64,000 bases of DNA from Gammaproteobacteria bacterium (lineage in GTDB: Bacteria > Pseudomonadota > Gammaproteobacteria > G965277405): positions 2,048,001 through 2,112,000 of the forward strand of contig OZ255726.1 in the NCBI GenBank assembly GCA_965277405.1, written 5' to 3'. The stretch's first letter is position 1. The number at the start of each line of letters is the position of its first letter. Shown piece after piece: positions 1 to 9,521 of this stretch. The notes under the pieces were generated by a model. The model was not told the DNA's origin and ran no database searches. It saw only the letters and a list, made by a program, of their open reading frames with translations. The translations under genes and the position numbers were made by a program.

Positions 1-242
1 TCAACGTCGCTGCCTTTTTCGATCACAACACCGGTGATTTCATGCCCCAAGATTAACCCTGCTTCAGCAGTTGTGCGACCGCGCACCATATGTTGGTCGC
101 TACCGCAAATATTTGTTGAGACAACTTTTAAGATGACCCCATGGTCACACTTGCGTTTTCCCAACGATAGTTTTGGATATTCGATTTCCTGTACTTCGAC
201 TACGCCTGGTTCGATGTAGGCTATGCCCCTATTAGCAAACAT
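1..242 (-). CDS. fdhA: Glutathione-independent formaldehyde dehydrogenase (Zn-ADH family), 5' part; runs off the window
   Basis: Manual translation from ATG at 242: MFANRGIAYIEPGVVEVQEIEYPKL...VILKVVSTNICGSDQHMVRGRT...LGHEITG; GAGGAG RBS upstream. Confidence 0.85.
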   Translation of the reverse strand, partial: MFANRGIAYIEPGVVEVQEIEYPKLSLGKRKCDHGVILKVVSTNICGSDQHMVRGRTTAEAGLILGHEITGVVIEKGSDV

Positions 243-900
243 ATTACTCTCCTCGTTTAATGGTTAAAAAGAGCACATCAGCATGTGGCAGGATGCGCTC
301 CAGCATCCGATACTTTTGCAAGGACGTTGCAGACCATCCTTGATAACGGTTTTAGTATACAATGCTTTTCAGATATGAGGAGTTATTTGCCGCAGCAATA
401 ATCTCGTTCAACGCGTCCAGCCCCAACAACTCAATCCCCACGGATACATGAAAATTCCAGTGATTTTGAGATATTTTCGCAAATTGCAACACACTCAACG
501 CCATTGCAGCAGAGCGTTGTTATACACATTCGGTGTTCCGTATATTATTTACGCAGGGAATCGTCGTGGCCATGCTGGCAACGTCTTGGCGGTTCAACAG
601 GGCGTTTGCGTAATCCTTGGACATCGCAGCAAACACTGTTTGTGTATAGATTTATTGGCAGGAGCTTAATAAGCAAGTGTGTATAAATCCGCTTGCAGGC
701 GCTGATGTATGGTGGGTGGGCAAGCGCTTTCACGTACTATAAGCTAGGTTGCTAAGGTCATTTCCGGATTTGGTTTTTGCTAGACAATATGTCGGGTAAC
801 AATTTCATAGAGGTTTTACCAATCAGTTGACGCGGTTGGTGGATGGTCGTTAATCTAGGCACACAATACTCACTGAGTGTGAGGTTATCAAATTCAATCA

Positions 901-1009
901 TAAATAGTATCTGCACGATAACCAACAACATGTTGAAAAATCAATTATTTACTAATGTAAAAGATCTTGAAAAACACAAAAAAAAGACTAAAAAATTAGT
1001 GTTTTTCGA
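901..1009 (+). repeat. ~105 bp direct repeat, copy A
   Basis: TAAATAGTrTCTGCAmGA..ACCAACAACATGTTGA..CAATTATTTACTAATGTAAAAGATCTTGAAAA..GACTAAAAAAT recurs at 1551-1654. Confidence 0.85.
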
Positions 1010-1152
1010 TTATAATATAAATTTCTTATATATTATACATTGGAATACTAGACAGCAAAGATGGATGCCCTCAATATTTTGTAACCCCATAATGCTCATT
1101 TAGCAAAAAATTTACATTGTTGTTTTTTAGCCACTTGAATAATGATAAACAC

Positions 1153-1557
1153 ATGAAAAAAGCATTTTTAATCGTTTTAATCGTTCTAATATTTATCTTT
1201 GTAGTAATTACTATTGCAGGCATTTATAAATTTAATTTTACGAATGATGACATCTATGTTACTAATCATGATGGTGAAGTTGTACCCATTGATGAACTCC
1301 AAGACACTATCTATTTTGATGAATCAGATCAAAAATGGAAAGATGAGTATGGTGTATGTTATAGCTGTACTTTCGAGAATGGATTTAATCCGCATGGGTG
1401 GCTATTGAGCGATGCTGAGGAGTTATTTACAGCAAAAGTTATTGAGGCTGAACAAAAGCACAAGCTTGATTTGAGTTGGCACAGAATTACATCTCAACAA
1501 CAATTAGATCAACTTATTGCGGAAGCTATTGCAGCAGAAAATTATACTACTAAATAG
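1153..1557 (+). CDS. Hypothetical membrane-anchored/exported protein with a CxxC motif
   Basis: AT-rich ORF; MKK followed by a hydrophobic N-terminal helix; CYSC. Confidence 0.6.
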   Translation: MKKAFLIVLIVLIFIFVVITIAGIYKFNFTNDDIYVTNHDGEVVPIDELQDTIYFDESDQKWKDEYGVCYSCTFENGFNPHGWLLSDAEELFTAKVIEAEQKHKLDLSWHRITSQQQLDQLIAEAIAAENYTTK

Positions 1558-1654
1558 TGTCTGCAAGAAACCAACAACATGTTGATTTGCAATTATTTAC
1601 TAATGTAAAAGATCTTGAAAACAAAAAAAAGACTAAAAAATGAGTGTTTATCGA
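1551..1654 (+). repeat. ~105 bp direct repeat, copy B
   Basis: Highly similar to 901-1009. Confidence 0.85.
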
Positions 1655-1689
1655 AAAAAATGCATATTTTTACCGCATTAAACATTGGA

Positions 1690-1990
1690 CATTCAGCAGC
1701 AGTCCAACCATGGCTAGCCGTTGGCACGCTAACCCCCGATGGTGTATTTTGCGGCATAGCTTGTACTAATACTGGCAAAAACATAATAAAAACTGCGACT
1801 ACGCTGATTATTCTATTTTGTTTTGCTATAAATCCCGCTGATTATCTTCAGTAGGGTAGATTTTCCTGCGCCATTTTCCCCCAGCACACCGAGTACTTCT
1901 CCTGCAGAAATAGCTAAAGTTATTTTGTGGAAGACACGCACCCCCAGCGAATTCCTTGACGATGCCGCGTAACTGCATAATCAGTTGATA
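1690..1990 (-). pseudogene. Fused remnants of a sugar ABC ATPase and a sugar-binding protein
   Basis: With frameshifts: [50 protein letters not shown] (Walker A), then AAKYTI/GVSVPTASHGWTAA (SBP N-terminus-like). Confidence 0.75.
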
Positions 1991-2009
1991 GTTTTGCTTT
2001 ACTTCTTGG

Positions 2010-3182
2010 TTACTGGATATTTGCATGGCTTGCTGCAAGGGGGCACCACGCACTGTCGCGAGCGGATGACTTGAGTACGGCAGTAATGAACTTCATTCCT
2101 TCAACACCGTCGTCAATACTCGGAATCAAACCTTGTACAGCGCTGCTATCAGCTCCGGCTTCAATGGCATGAATTGCACTAGCAATGTCCACATACAGGT
2201 TGGCAAATCCTTCTAAATAGCCTTCAGGGTGGCCAGCTGGTAGCCGAGATAGACGGTTGGCTTCTGCTCCAGCTCCGTGTCCTGCACGGGTGATTTTTTG
2301 TGTTGGTTCTCCAAACATCGAAAGCCATAATTCATTTGGTGATTCTTGAGCCCATTCAACCCCCGCTTTTTCTCCGTAAATGCGGATTTTTAGGCTATTT
2401 TCACACCCTAGCGCGACTTGGCTCGACCACAGCATGCCTTTCGCGCCACCGTCAAAACGCAACATAGCATGGACGTTGTCATCTACACGACGGCCGCTGA
2501 CAAAGGTGGTTAACTCAGCGGACACTTGCAGCACTTTTTGACTAGAGATAAAACAAGCTAAATTGAATACGTGGCTACCAATATCGCCTAAACACCCTGC
2601 TTTACCAGATTTTTCTGGGTCAGTGCGCCATTGCGCCTGTTTGTTGTCGTTGACTTCGACATTTTCGCTCAGCCAATCTTGGGCATATTCTGCTTGTATG
2701 ACTCGCAATTTTCCCAATATTCCAGTGTCAACCAGATGTTTGGCGTGCCGCACCAGCGGGTAGGCGGTGTAATTGTGGGTGAGTGCAAAAAAAGCATTAG
2801 ATTTAGTAACTAAAGCTTGCAGCGCCAATGCCTCGTTTAAGTCTTTCGTAATCGGCTTTTCACAGATGACATGAATCCCTTGCTCTAAAAAAACTTTTGC
2901 TACTGGATAATGCATGTGGTTTGGCGTGACGATAACCACCGCTTGAATACCATCGTTACGCTGTTTTTCTTGTCTAGCCATGATGGCGAACGAAGAGTAC
3001 GAGCGTTCTTGGCTGATGCCAAGACGTCGTGCGGAAGTCAGTGCTCTGGCAGGATCAGCAGACAAGGCACCCGCAACCAACTCAAAACCATCATCGATGC
3101 GGGTAGCGATTCTATGGATGGAACCAATAAAAGCACCATCACCGCCGCCGACCATGCCGATGCGAATACGTTGATATATCAT
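2010..3182 (-). CDS. Gfo/Idh/MocA family oxidoreductase
   Basis: GMVGGGDGAFIG Rossmann motif, TPNHMH, ICEKP, GDIGSH. Confidence 0.92.
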   Translation of the reverse strand: MIYQRIRIGMVGGGDGAFIGSIHRIATRIDDGFELVAGALSADPARALTSARRLGISQERSYSSFAIMARQEKQRNDGIQAVVIVTPNHMHYPVAKVFLEQGIHVICEKPITKDLNEALALQALVTKSNAFFALTHNYTAYPLVRHAKHLVDTGILGKLRVIQAEYAQDWLSENVEVNDNKQAQWRTDPEKSGKAGCLGDIGSHVFNLACFISSQKVLQVSAELTTFVSGRRVDDNVHAMLRFDGGAKGMLWSSQVALGCENSLKIRIYGEKAGVEWAQESPNELWLSMFGEPTQKITRAGHGAGAEANRLSRLPAGHPEGYLEGFANLYVDIASAIHAIEAGADSSAVQGLIPSIDDGVEGMKFITAVLKSSARDSAWCPLAASHANIQ

Positions 3183-3190
3183 GTTCTTTG

Positions 3191-4246
3191 CTAACTCAAA
3201 CCAAGAATGCGTCGGTTGATGTCATCATCAATGCCACTGCTGGCAAAATCATCAAACGCACGGTCTGTCACTTGGATTAAGTGGTCGTTGATAAATTTAA
3301 CGCCTTCTGCGGCGCCAGCTTCAGGATGTTTCATACAGCATTCCCATTCAATGACAGCCCACCCAGCAAAATCATATTGAGTGAGTTTTGAAAAGATGCC
3401 TTTGAAGGCGACTTGACCGTCGCCTAAAGAGCGAAAGCGTCCTGCACGGTCGATCCAATTTTGGTAGCCACCATAAACGCCTTGTTTGCCTGTTGAGTTA
3501 AATTCAGCATCCTTTACGTGCAACATCTTGATGCGCTGATGATAAATATCGATGAACTGCAAATAATCTAATTGTTGTAACACAAAATGTGAAGGGTCAA
3601 ATAGGATATTGGCGCGTGGATGGTGGTCGGTTGCTGCTAAAAATAAGTCGAAGGTGACGCCATCGTGTAAGTCCTCCCCAGGGTGGATTTCATAACAGAT
3701 ATTGACGCCGCAACGGTCAAATGCATCTAAAATAGGTAACCAGCGCTGTGCTAACTCTTTAAAGCCTGCCTCAACCAGACCGGCTGGTCTTTGTGGCCAA
3801 GGATACAGGTATGGCCAAAGGAGTGCACCTGAAAAAGTGGCGTGATTGCTCAGCCCCAAATTTTTTGATGCTTGCGCGGATTTTAAAAGTTGACCGACGG
3901 CCCACTGTTGGCGCGCGTCTGGGTTGCCTTTAACATGATCTGGCGCAAAGCCGTCAAACATCTCGTCGTAAGCGGGGTGAACCGCCACCAGTTGACCTTG
4001 CAAATGTGTTGATAGCTCAGTCACAACCATGCCGTGTGCGGCTAACGTATCAATAATGTATTGGCAGTATTCCAGATCGGTTGCAGCTTTTTCTAGGTCA
4101 AATAATCTATGATCCCAAGTAGGGATTTGCACTCCTTTGTAGCCGAGATTGGATGCCCATTCAACGATGTTTTCCAAACTATTAAATGGTGCTGTATCGC
4201 CTGCAAATTGAGCAAGGAATAGCGCAGGACCTTTTAATGCTTGCAT
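3191..4246 (-). CDS. Sugar phosphate isomerase/epimerase (xylose isomerase-like TIM barrel)
   Basis: YEIHPGED, FDPSH, HVKD and EWECC metal-binding motifs. Confidence 0.9.
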   Translation of the reverse strand: MQALKGPALFLAQFAGDTAPFNSLENIVEWASNLGYKGVQIPTWDHRLFDLEKAATDLEYCQYIIDTLAAHGMVVTELSTHLQGQLVAVHPAYDEMFDGFAPDHVKGNPDARQQWAVGQLLKSAQASKNLGLSNHATFSGALLWPYLYPWPQRPAGLVEAGFKELAQRWLPILDAFDRCGVNICYEIHPGEDLHDGVTFDLFLAATDHHPRANILFDPSHFVLQQLDYLQFIDIYHQRIKMLHVKDAEFNSTGKQGVYGGYQNWIDRAGRFRSLGDGQVAFKGIFSKLTQYDFAGWAVIEWECCMKHPEAGAAEGVKFINDHLIQVTDRAFDDFASSGIDDDINRRILGLS

Positions 4247-4443
4247 AATAATAATCCCATATTTATTTTATTTGAGCGGCATTTTATGTAATCAATTATA
4301 TTACACTTCATAAAAAAAACTTTAACAATAATTATTGCAAAGTATTTTGAAACAGCATACTTGAGTATAGTTGTTTTTGTGACCAAGTAAATGCAGACGG
4401 TATTTAAAACCTTAGCTTCGCAGACATAAGCGCAATGTCTTAT

Positions 4444-4747
4444 GGAAGCTCTGATTAAGTCCATGATGGACGAGATGGAGCAACAACGCTGATGAAACTT
4501 AAGCGCAGTGCACAGCTAACATTGGTGGGTCTTGTGGGTCTTGTGGGTCTTGTGGGTCTTGCCAAGTGCAGCAACGACGCAGCGCAGCGTTTTTTCCCGT
4601 CGTTGTGTTGAATATATGATGGTTTGCGGCAATTGCTTACGCTTGCTGTGTTGCATCACTTGGCGTATATGCAACGGTTTGTGCCTGCGGAATGCGCCTT
4701 GCAATTGCAGGTAAATTCGCTCACTCAGCGAGTTAGTCAGATGTTGC
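4444..4747 (+). mobile_element. IS5-type MITE copy 1
   Basis: Starts GGAAGCTCTGATTAAGTCC; decayed right end GAGTTAGTCAGATGTTGC; internal GGTCTTGTG tandem expansion. Confidence 0.85.
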
Positions 4748-4892
4748 TTGGGGAACATATAAGATAATTTAAACGAAATTCAATACCTTACATATCTTAC
4801 ATACATTACAATAGCAAAAGTAGTGTACGTATTAACTGCCTGTAGCTGTGTACACGCTTTAACAATAAGCAGCAACACAGCGATAAGTTCAT

Positions 4893-5020
4893 AAAAAAAG
4901 CCCCCTTACGCCGAGGGTAAACCTAGACGATGCGAGGGCTTTAGGACGCATTTAAGCGGAGCCTGCGAAAAGAATTTCATTGGTATGAAAAGCTAAGCCA
5001 AACTGTAGTCGGTTAAACTA
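4893..5020 (-). ncRNA. tracrRNA
   Basis: Minus strand TTTAACCGACTACAGTTT (5017-5000) is an 18-nt perfect anti-repeat; TTCATA (4989-4984) pairs with TGTGAA near the repeat 5' end; ends in hairpins and T7; TGG-TATGAT extended -10 upstream (~5029-5037). Confidence 0.85.
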
Positions 5021-5062
5021 TCGGATTATCATACCACAACATTCATTTTTTACACAAAAGAT

Positions 5063-8000
5063 ATGAAAAAAATACTTGGTATAGATGTAGGAAGCAATTC
5101 TATTGGTTGGGGCTTAATTACAGCAAGTGACAGTGGCTTGTGTAGCGATGTTGTAGCCTTAGGATCCCGTATATTCATGAAAGCTATTCAGGACGACAGT
5201 ACCAAACCTAAAAACGTCCAGCGCCGTACAAGTCGTTTGTTACGCAGGGTTTTAGAAAGGCGCGCTAGGCGCAAAAGAAATTTGGCAAACTATTTAATAT
5301 CGCAAAATTTACTCCCAGCTGCACTCAGCGACAATTTTCACCAAGAAGGCTTATTAAATAGTTTAGGAGACCCATATGAACTACGTGCTAAAGCCTTAGA
5401 CGACCAGCTTAAACCCTATGAATTAGGTCGTGTTTTGCTGCACTTTGTAGCGCGTAGAGGCTTTTTAAGTTCACGTAAAAGCTTACTCGGAGACTTGGTA
5501 GACGACCCTGACATGCAAGCTTATTTAAACGAAGTAGCAGAGGAAAGCGCCCAGGGTAACAGCCAAACAGAAAAAGAGGAAAAGCAGTTTTTACTAGAAA
5601 TAAGCATTTTACGCAACAAAATTATACTTTCTGGCAAGCGCAGCCTAGGTGAATATTTGTTTGCTTTAGTCAATAGTAACAAAAGAAACAGGAAGCATGC
5701 CTTTGAGATTATTCGTACTGATAGAGCCATGTATCATGAAGAGTTTACCCAAATATGGCAACAGCAAACAACCTTTTTTGCGCACTTACCCAACAGCTTT
5801 ATTGAAAAGGTTGAAAAAATTATTTTTTACCAAAGACCCCTTAAATTAAAAAAAAACCGCATAGGAAAATGCTCGTTAGAAAGGAATAAATACCGTGCAA
5901 AACAAGCCACTTTACAAGCGCAGCAGTTTCGATACTTACAAGACATTAACAACCTTATCATTTATCAAGGTAATGCTGCCGACCGCCCACTTACTCATGA
6001 GGAAAAAGAAAAACTTTATAAAATTTTAGAACAACAAAAAAAAATCACTTACGCCGTTATTAAAAAAAAATTAGGGTTACCTAGAACAATCACTTTTAAT
6101 CTGCAAGCAAGTAAGAAAGAACTTCAAGGCAATGAGACTGCTTGCAATATTCGCTCTGTTATCGGTGAAGTCTGGGACAATATGGAAGATTTAGAACAAG
6201 AAAAATTGGTGGAAGACTTGCTGACCATGAAGAAGAAGTCTGCGTTAAAAAGACGTCTGATAAACTACTGGGGGTTTAGCGTAGACGCAGCCATACAACT
6301 TTGTTTGCTCGAATTTACTGCAGGTCATAGTAACTTATCACTTAAAGCTCTTAATAAATTATTACCTCATCTATATGAAGGGAATATGTATAGCGATGCA
6401 AGAATAAAAGCTGATTATGAGGTTACCCAAGAGTCAAAAAACTTAGACCGTCTCGGCAGCCCGCCTGTAACTTGTAACCCCATTGTCAATAAAGGATTGC
6501 ACGAATTACGGCGCTTAGTTAACGCAATTATCGCCCAGTACGGCAAGCCTGATATTATTCGTGTGGAAATGGCTAGAGACTTAGAGCAAAATACTAAGCG
6601 CTACAAAGCAGCAGAAAAAACACGTAAGGCGAATGAAACACGTAATGAAAAAGCAGCAACGCAGTTTGCATCTTTAATGGGTCCGCACCATAGCAAAAAA
6701 CCCTCGCTAAATGACAAAATTAAATATCGACTATGGCAAGATCAAAACAAACTTTGCGCCTATAGTTGCCAAACCATTGCTGCTACGCAAGTATTTAGTC
6801 TAGATACCGAAATAGACCATATTTTGCCGCGGAGCAAATCCTTAGATAATTCTTATCCTAATAAAGTTATTTGTTTTAGTCAGGAAAATCAGAAAAAACA
6901 CGATACAACGCCCTTCATGGCTTGGGGAGGTGACACTGACAAGTGGCGCAATATGCTACAGGCAGCAAATACATGGAAGATTAAAAAGAAGCTTAGAGAC
7001 AATAAGCTACAGCGTTTTAAAATCACTGCAGAAGAGTTAAAGGAAATAGCACGTGGCGCTGTTACTACGCAGCTCAACGATACCCGCTATATTGCACGCG
7101 AAGCCTTAAGTTATCTAGCTACATTAGGTTGCGATACGCATGCTGTAAAAGGTCACACTACTGCATGGCTACGGGGTAGACTGGGCTTTAATTTCTTACT
7201 TAATGTTGATGATACAAAAAATCGTGAAGATCACCGGCATCATGCCGTTGATGCTGTCGTAATCGCTGCCACATCGCGCCAGCTATATCAAAAAATTGTC
7301 GATGCAATAAAACAACAACAACAACATGGTTACAAAGCACCATTGATATTAGATGACTATGCCCACATTCGCCAACGCTTGCTCGTGCTGTTACAACACG
7401 TTACTGTATCTTATATACCACAATACCAGCTAACAGGCGCGCTGCACGAAAGCAGAGGGCTTGGGTTTATCACTGTAAAGGAAGACAATACTGAAATTAC
7501 GGGAACAGTTAATAGAACGGCTGTAGATAAAAAATTGAATAGTAAGCGTGCTTTAAAAATTATTGATAAACAGGTGCGTGAACTAATTTTAGCACAGCTA
7601 ACAGCACATAATAACAATCCCAAAGAAGCATTTATAGACAATAACTACCCTTTGCACAAAGATGGTAAAACCCCCATTAAGCGGGTGCGTATATGGAAGA
7701 CAAAGATATCAACAGAAAAACTCCATGCTACCAAATTAGCCATACATGACCAAGCGGGCAAGGTATTCAAATGGTGTCTTTTTGGCAACACCCACCATGT
7801 AGAAGTCATTAAAGAAAAAGCAACGGGGAAAATTGCAAGTAAATTTATTACGATGTACGCAGCCAGTTGTCGTTTAAAGGGTATTGGGGTAGCGCAATCT
7901 GCTGCGGTGATAACCAATCATGGGCAAGAGTATGAATTTATTATGGCGCTGCATATCAACGACACGGTAAGTTTGCGCATCACAGGCAATGACGAACGCG

Positions 8001-8197
8001 TGTTGTATAGGGTGCAGAAGTTCAGTTTGGATACGAACACTCTTTTCTTGTGTTTAAACGTGGCGGCAACTTTACACCATAAAAATCAACAGCTTAGCAT
8101 GAACATCAACACCGCTAATTTTGAAAAATACCAACCTATGTTACATAAGGTCAATGCTATAGGTCAAGTTGTGCGTGTTATTGCCAGTTATCCTTAA
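5063..8197 (+). CDS. cas9: Type II-C CRISPR endonuclease Cas9 (1044 aa)
   Basis: RuvC-I LGIDVGSNSIGW, Arg-rich bridge helix, RuvC-II VEMARD, HNH EIDHILP..DNSYPNKV..EN, RuvC-III HHAVDA. Confidence 0.97.
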   Translation: MKKILGIDVGSNSIGWGLITASDSGLCSDVVALGSRIFMKAIQDDSTKPKNVQRRTSRLLRRVLERRARRKRNLANYLISQNLLPAALSDNFHQEGLLNSLGDPYELRAKALDDQLKPYELGRVLLHFVARRGFLSSRKSLLGDLVDDPDMQAYLNEVAEESAQGNSQTEKEEKQFLLEISILRNKIILSGKRSLGEYLFALVNSNKRNRKHAFEIIRTDRAMYHEEFTQIWQQQTTFFAHLPNSFIEKVEKIIFYQRPLKLKKNRIGKCSLERNKYRAKQATLQAQQFRYLQDINNLIIYQGNAADRPLTHEEKEKLYKILEQQKKITYAVIKKKLGLPRTITFNLQASKKELQGNETACNIRSVIGEVWDNMEDLEQEKLVEDLLTMKKKSALKRRLINYWGFSVDAAIQLCLLEFTAGHSNLSLKALNKLLPHLYEGNMYSDARIKADYEVTQESKNLDRLGSPPVTCNPIVNKGLHELRRLVNAIIAQYGKPDIIRVEMARDLEQNTKRYKAAEKTRKANETRNEKAATQFASLMGPHHSKKPSLNDKIKYRLWQDQNKLCAYSCQTIAATQVFSLDTEIDHILPRSKSLDNSYPNKVICFSQENQKKHDTTPFMAWGGDTDKWRNMLQAANTWKIKKKLRDNKLQRFKITAEELKEIARGAVTTQLNDTRYIAREALSYLATLGCDTHAVKGHTTAWLRGRLGFNFLLNVDDTKNREDHRHHAVDAVVIAATSRQLYQKIVDAIKQQQQHGYKAPLILDDYAHIRQRLLVLLQHVTVSYIPQYQLTGALHESRGLGFITVKEDNTEITGTVNRTAVDKKLNSKRALKIIDKQVRELILAQLTAHNNNPKEAFIDNNYPLHKDGKTPIKRVRIWKTKISTEKLHATKLAIHDQAGKVFKWCLFGNTHHVEVIKEKATGKIASKFITMYAASCRLKGIGVAQSAAVITNHGQEYEFIMALHINDTVSLRITGNDERVLYRVQKFSLDTNTLFLCLNVAATLHHKNQQLSMNINTANFEKYQPMLHKVNAIGQVVRVIASYP

Positions 8198-8221
8198 ATT
8201 TTGCTAGCTGTACAAAAAATA

Positions 8222-9115
8222 ATGATTAAACGCATTATTGATATTGGGCAAGCAAGTTACTTGCATATTCAGCATCAACAACTATGCATTGAACAAGCAG
8301 GTAAACAAGTAGGGCGTATTCCCATAGAAGATATAGCTATTATTATTATTCACGATACTGCTAGCTACTATACTCATGCCTTGTTTATCGAGCTATTAAG
8401 ACATAATGTTGCAGTAGTGTTTTGCGACCGCCATCATCTACCCTTGGGACAACTAGCCCCTATAGCATCTCATAGTTTGCATACCAAAATCATTCACGAG
8501 CAAATACAAGTTAAAAAATCCACTAAAAAACGCCTGTGGAAGCTGATAGTCCAAGCAAAAATTCGTGAACAAGCCACCACTTTGAGGTTGACAGGCAAGG
8601 ATGCACAAAAAATAAGCGCCCTTGTTGACCAAGTAAAAAGTGGAGATAGTGCTAATGTAGAAGCCAATGCTGCGCGTTGCTATTTTAATGAATTATTTGG
8701 CAACGCCTTTAGACGCGACAGGCAACAAGCTGGCATAAATGCTCTGTTAAATTATGGGTATAGTGTAGTGCGTGCAATGTTTGCGAGGGCTATTGTTGCC
8801 ACGGGCTTACACCCCACTTTTGGCATCCAGCATTCTAACCAATACAATCACCTATGTTTAGCAGATGACTTAATGGAGCCATTTCGCCCTTGGGTGGATG
8901 AAGCGGTGTATGCGCTGACACATAAAAACGAGGTTATATCCGTTGACAAAGCAAGCAAAACGACGGTACTTAATCTGTTGAGTAACAATGTAGTATGGAC
9001 GAAGAAACACCAACCTTTTATGGTTGTGAGCCATTATTTAGCGGCAAACCTCAAACAAGCTTTAGTAACGAACCAGCCTGTTTTTAGCATTCCACAAAGA
9101 GTTGACAAACAATGA
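8222..9115 (+). CDS. cas1: CRISPR-associated integrase Cas1 (type II)
   Basis: SGDSANVEA, NALLNYGY, GIQHSNQYN..LADDLMEPFRP. Confidence 0.96.
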   Translation: MIKRIIDIGQASYLHIQHQQLCIEQAGKQVGRIPIEDIAIIIIHDTASYYTHALFIELLRHNVAVVFCDRHHLPLGQLAPIASHSLHTKIIHEQIQVKKSTKKRLWKLIVQAKIREQATTLRLTGKDAQKISALVDQVKSGDSANVEANAARCYFNELFGNAFRRDRQQAGINALLNYGYSVVRAMFARAIVATGLHPTFGIQHSNQYNHLCLADDLMEPFRPWVDEAVYALTHKNEVISVDKASKTTVLNLLSNNVVWTKKHQPFMVVSHYLAANLKQALVTNQPVFSIPQRVDKQ

Positions 9116-9471
9116 GCAGCAGGGATTGTACTTACAATAAAGTTATATTTGGCGGACTTAAAACCATGTGGATAATTGTGCTATTTGACTTGCCTACAGT
9201 AAGTAAAACAGAACGCAGAGCCTATACTGTTTTTCGTAAGCATTTACTCAATGACGGTTTTAATATGATGCAGTTTTCCGTGTACATGCGTCATTGTGCT
9301 AGCGAAGCAAACGCGCAGGTGCACGAGACGCGCATACAAGCAGCCTTACCGAGCTTAGGAGAGGTAAGGGTCATAAAAATAACCGATAAGCAATTTGGTA
9401 AAATTCAAGTTTTTTATGGTAAAAAACGCAAAAAAACCGAAATTCCGCCATTACAAATGGATCTTTTTTAA
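9112..9471 (+). CDS. cas2: CRISPR-associated Cas2 (alternative start 9166)
   Basis: MWIIVLFDLP, GFNMMQFSVY, ITDKQF. Confidence 0.95.
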   Translation: MSSRDCTYNKVIFGGLKTMWIIVLFDLPTVSKTERRAYTVFRKHLLNDGFNMMQFSVYMRHCASEANAQVHETRIQAALPSLGEVRVIKITDKQFGKIQVFYGKKRKKTEIPPLQMDLF

Positions 9472-9521
9472 ATGCCACTTAGGCATACAACCCTTACCAA
9501 CCAAGTAGTTTCCCACTTTGT

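Noticed and set aside
350-830. Short ORFs upstream of fdhA
   Set aside because: No recognisable motifs; may be degraded sequence but cannot be supported
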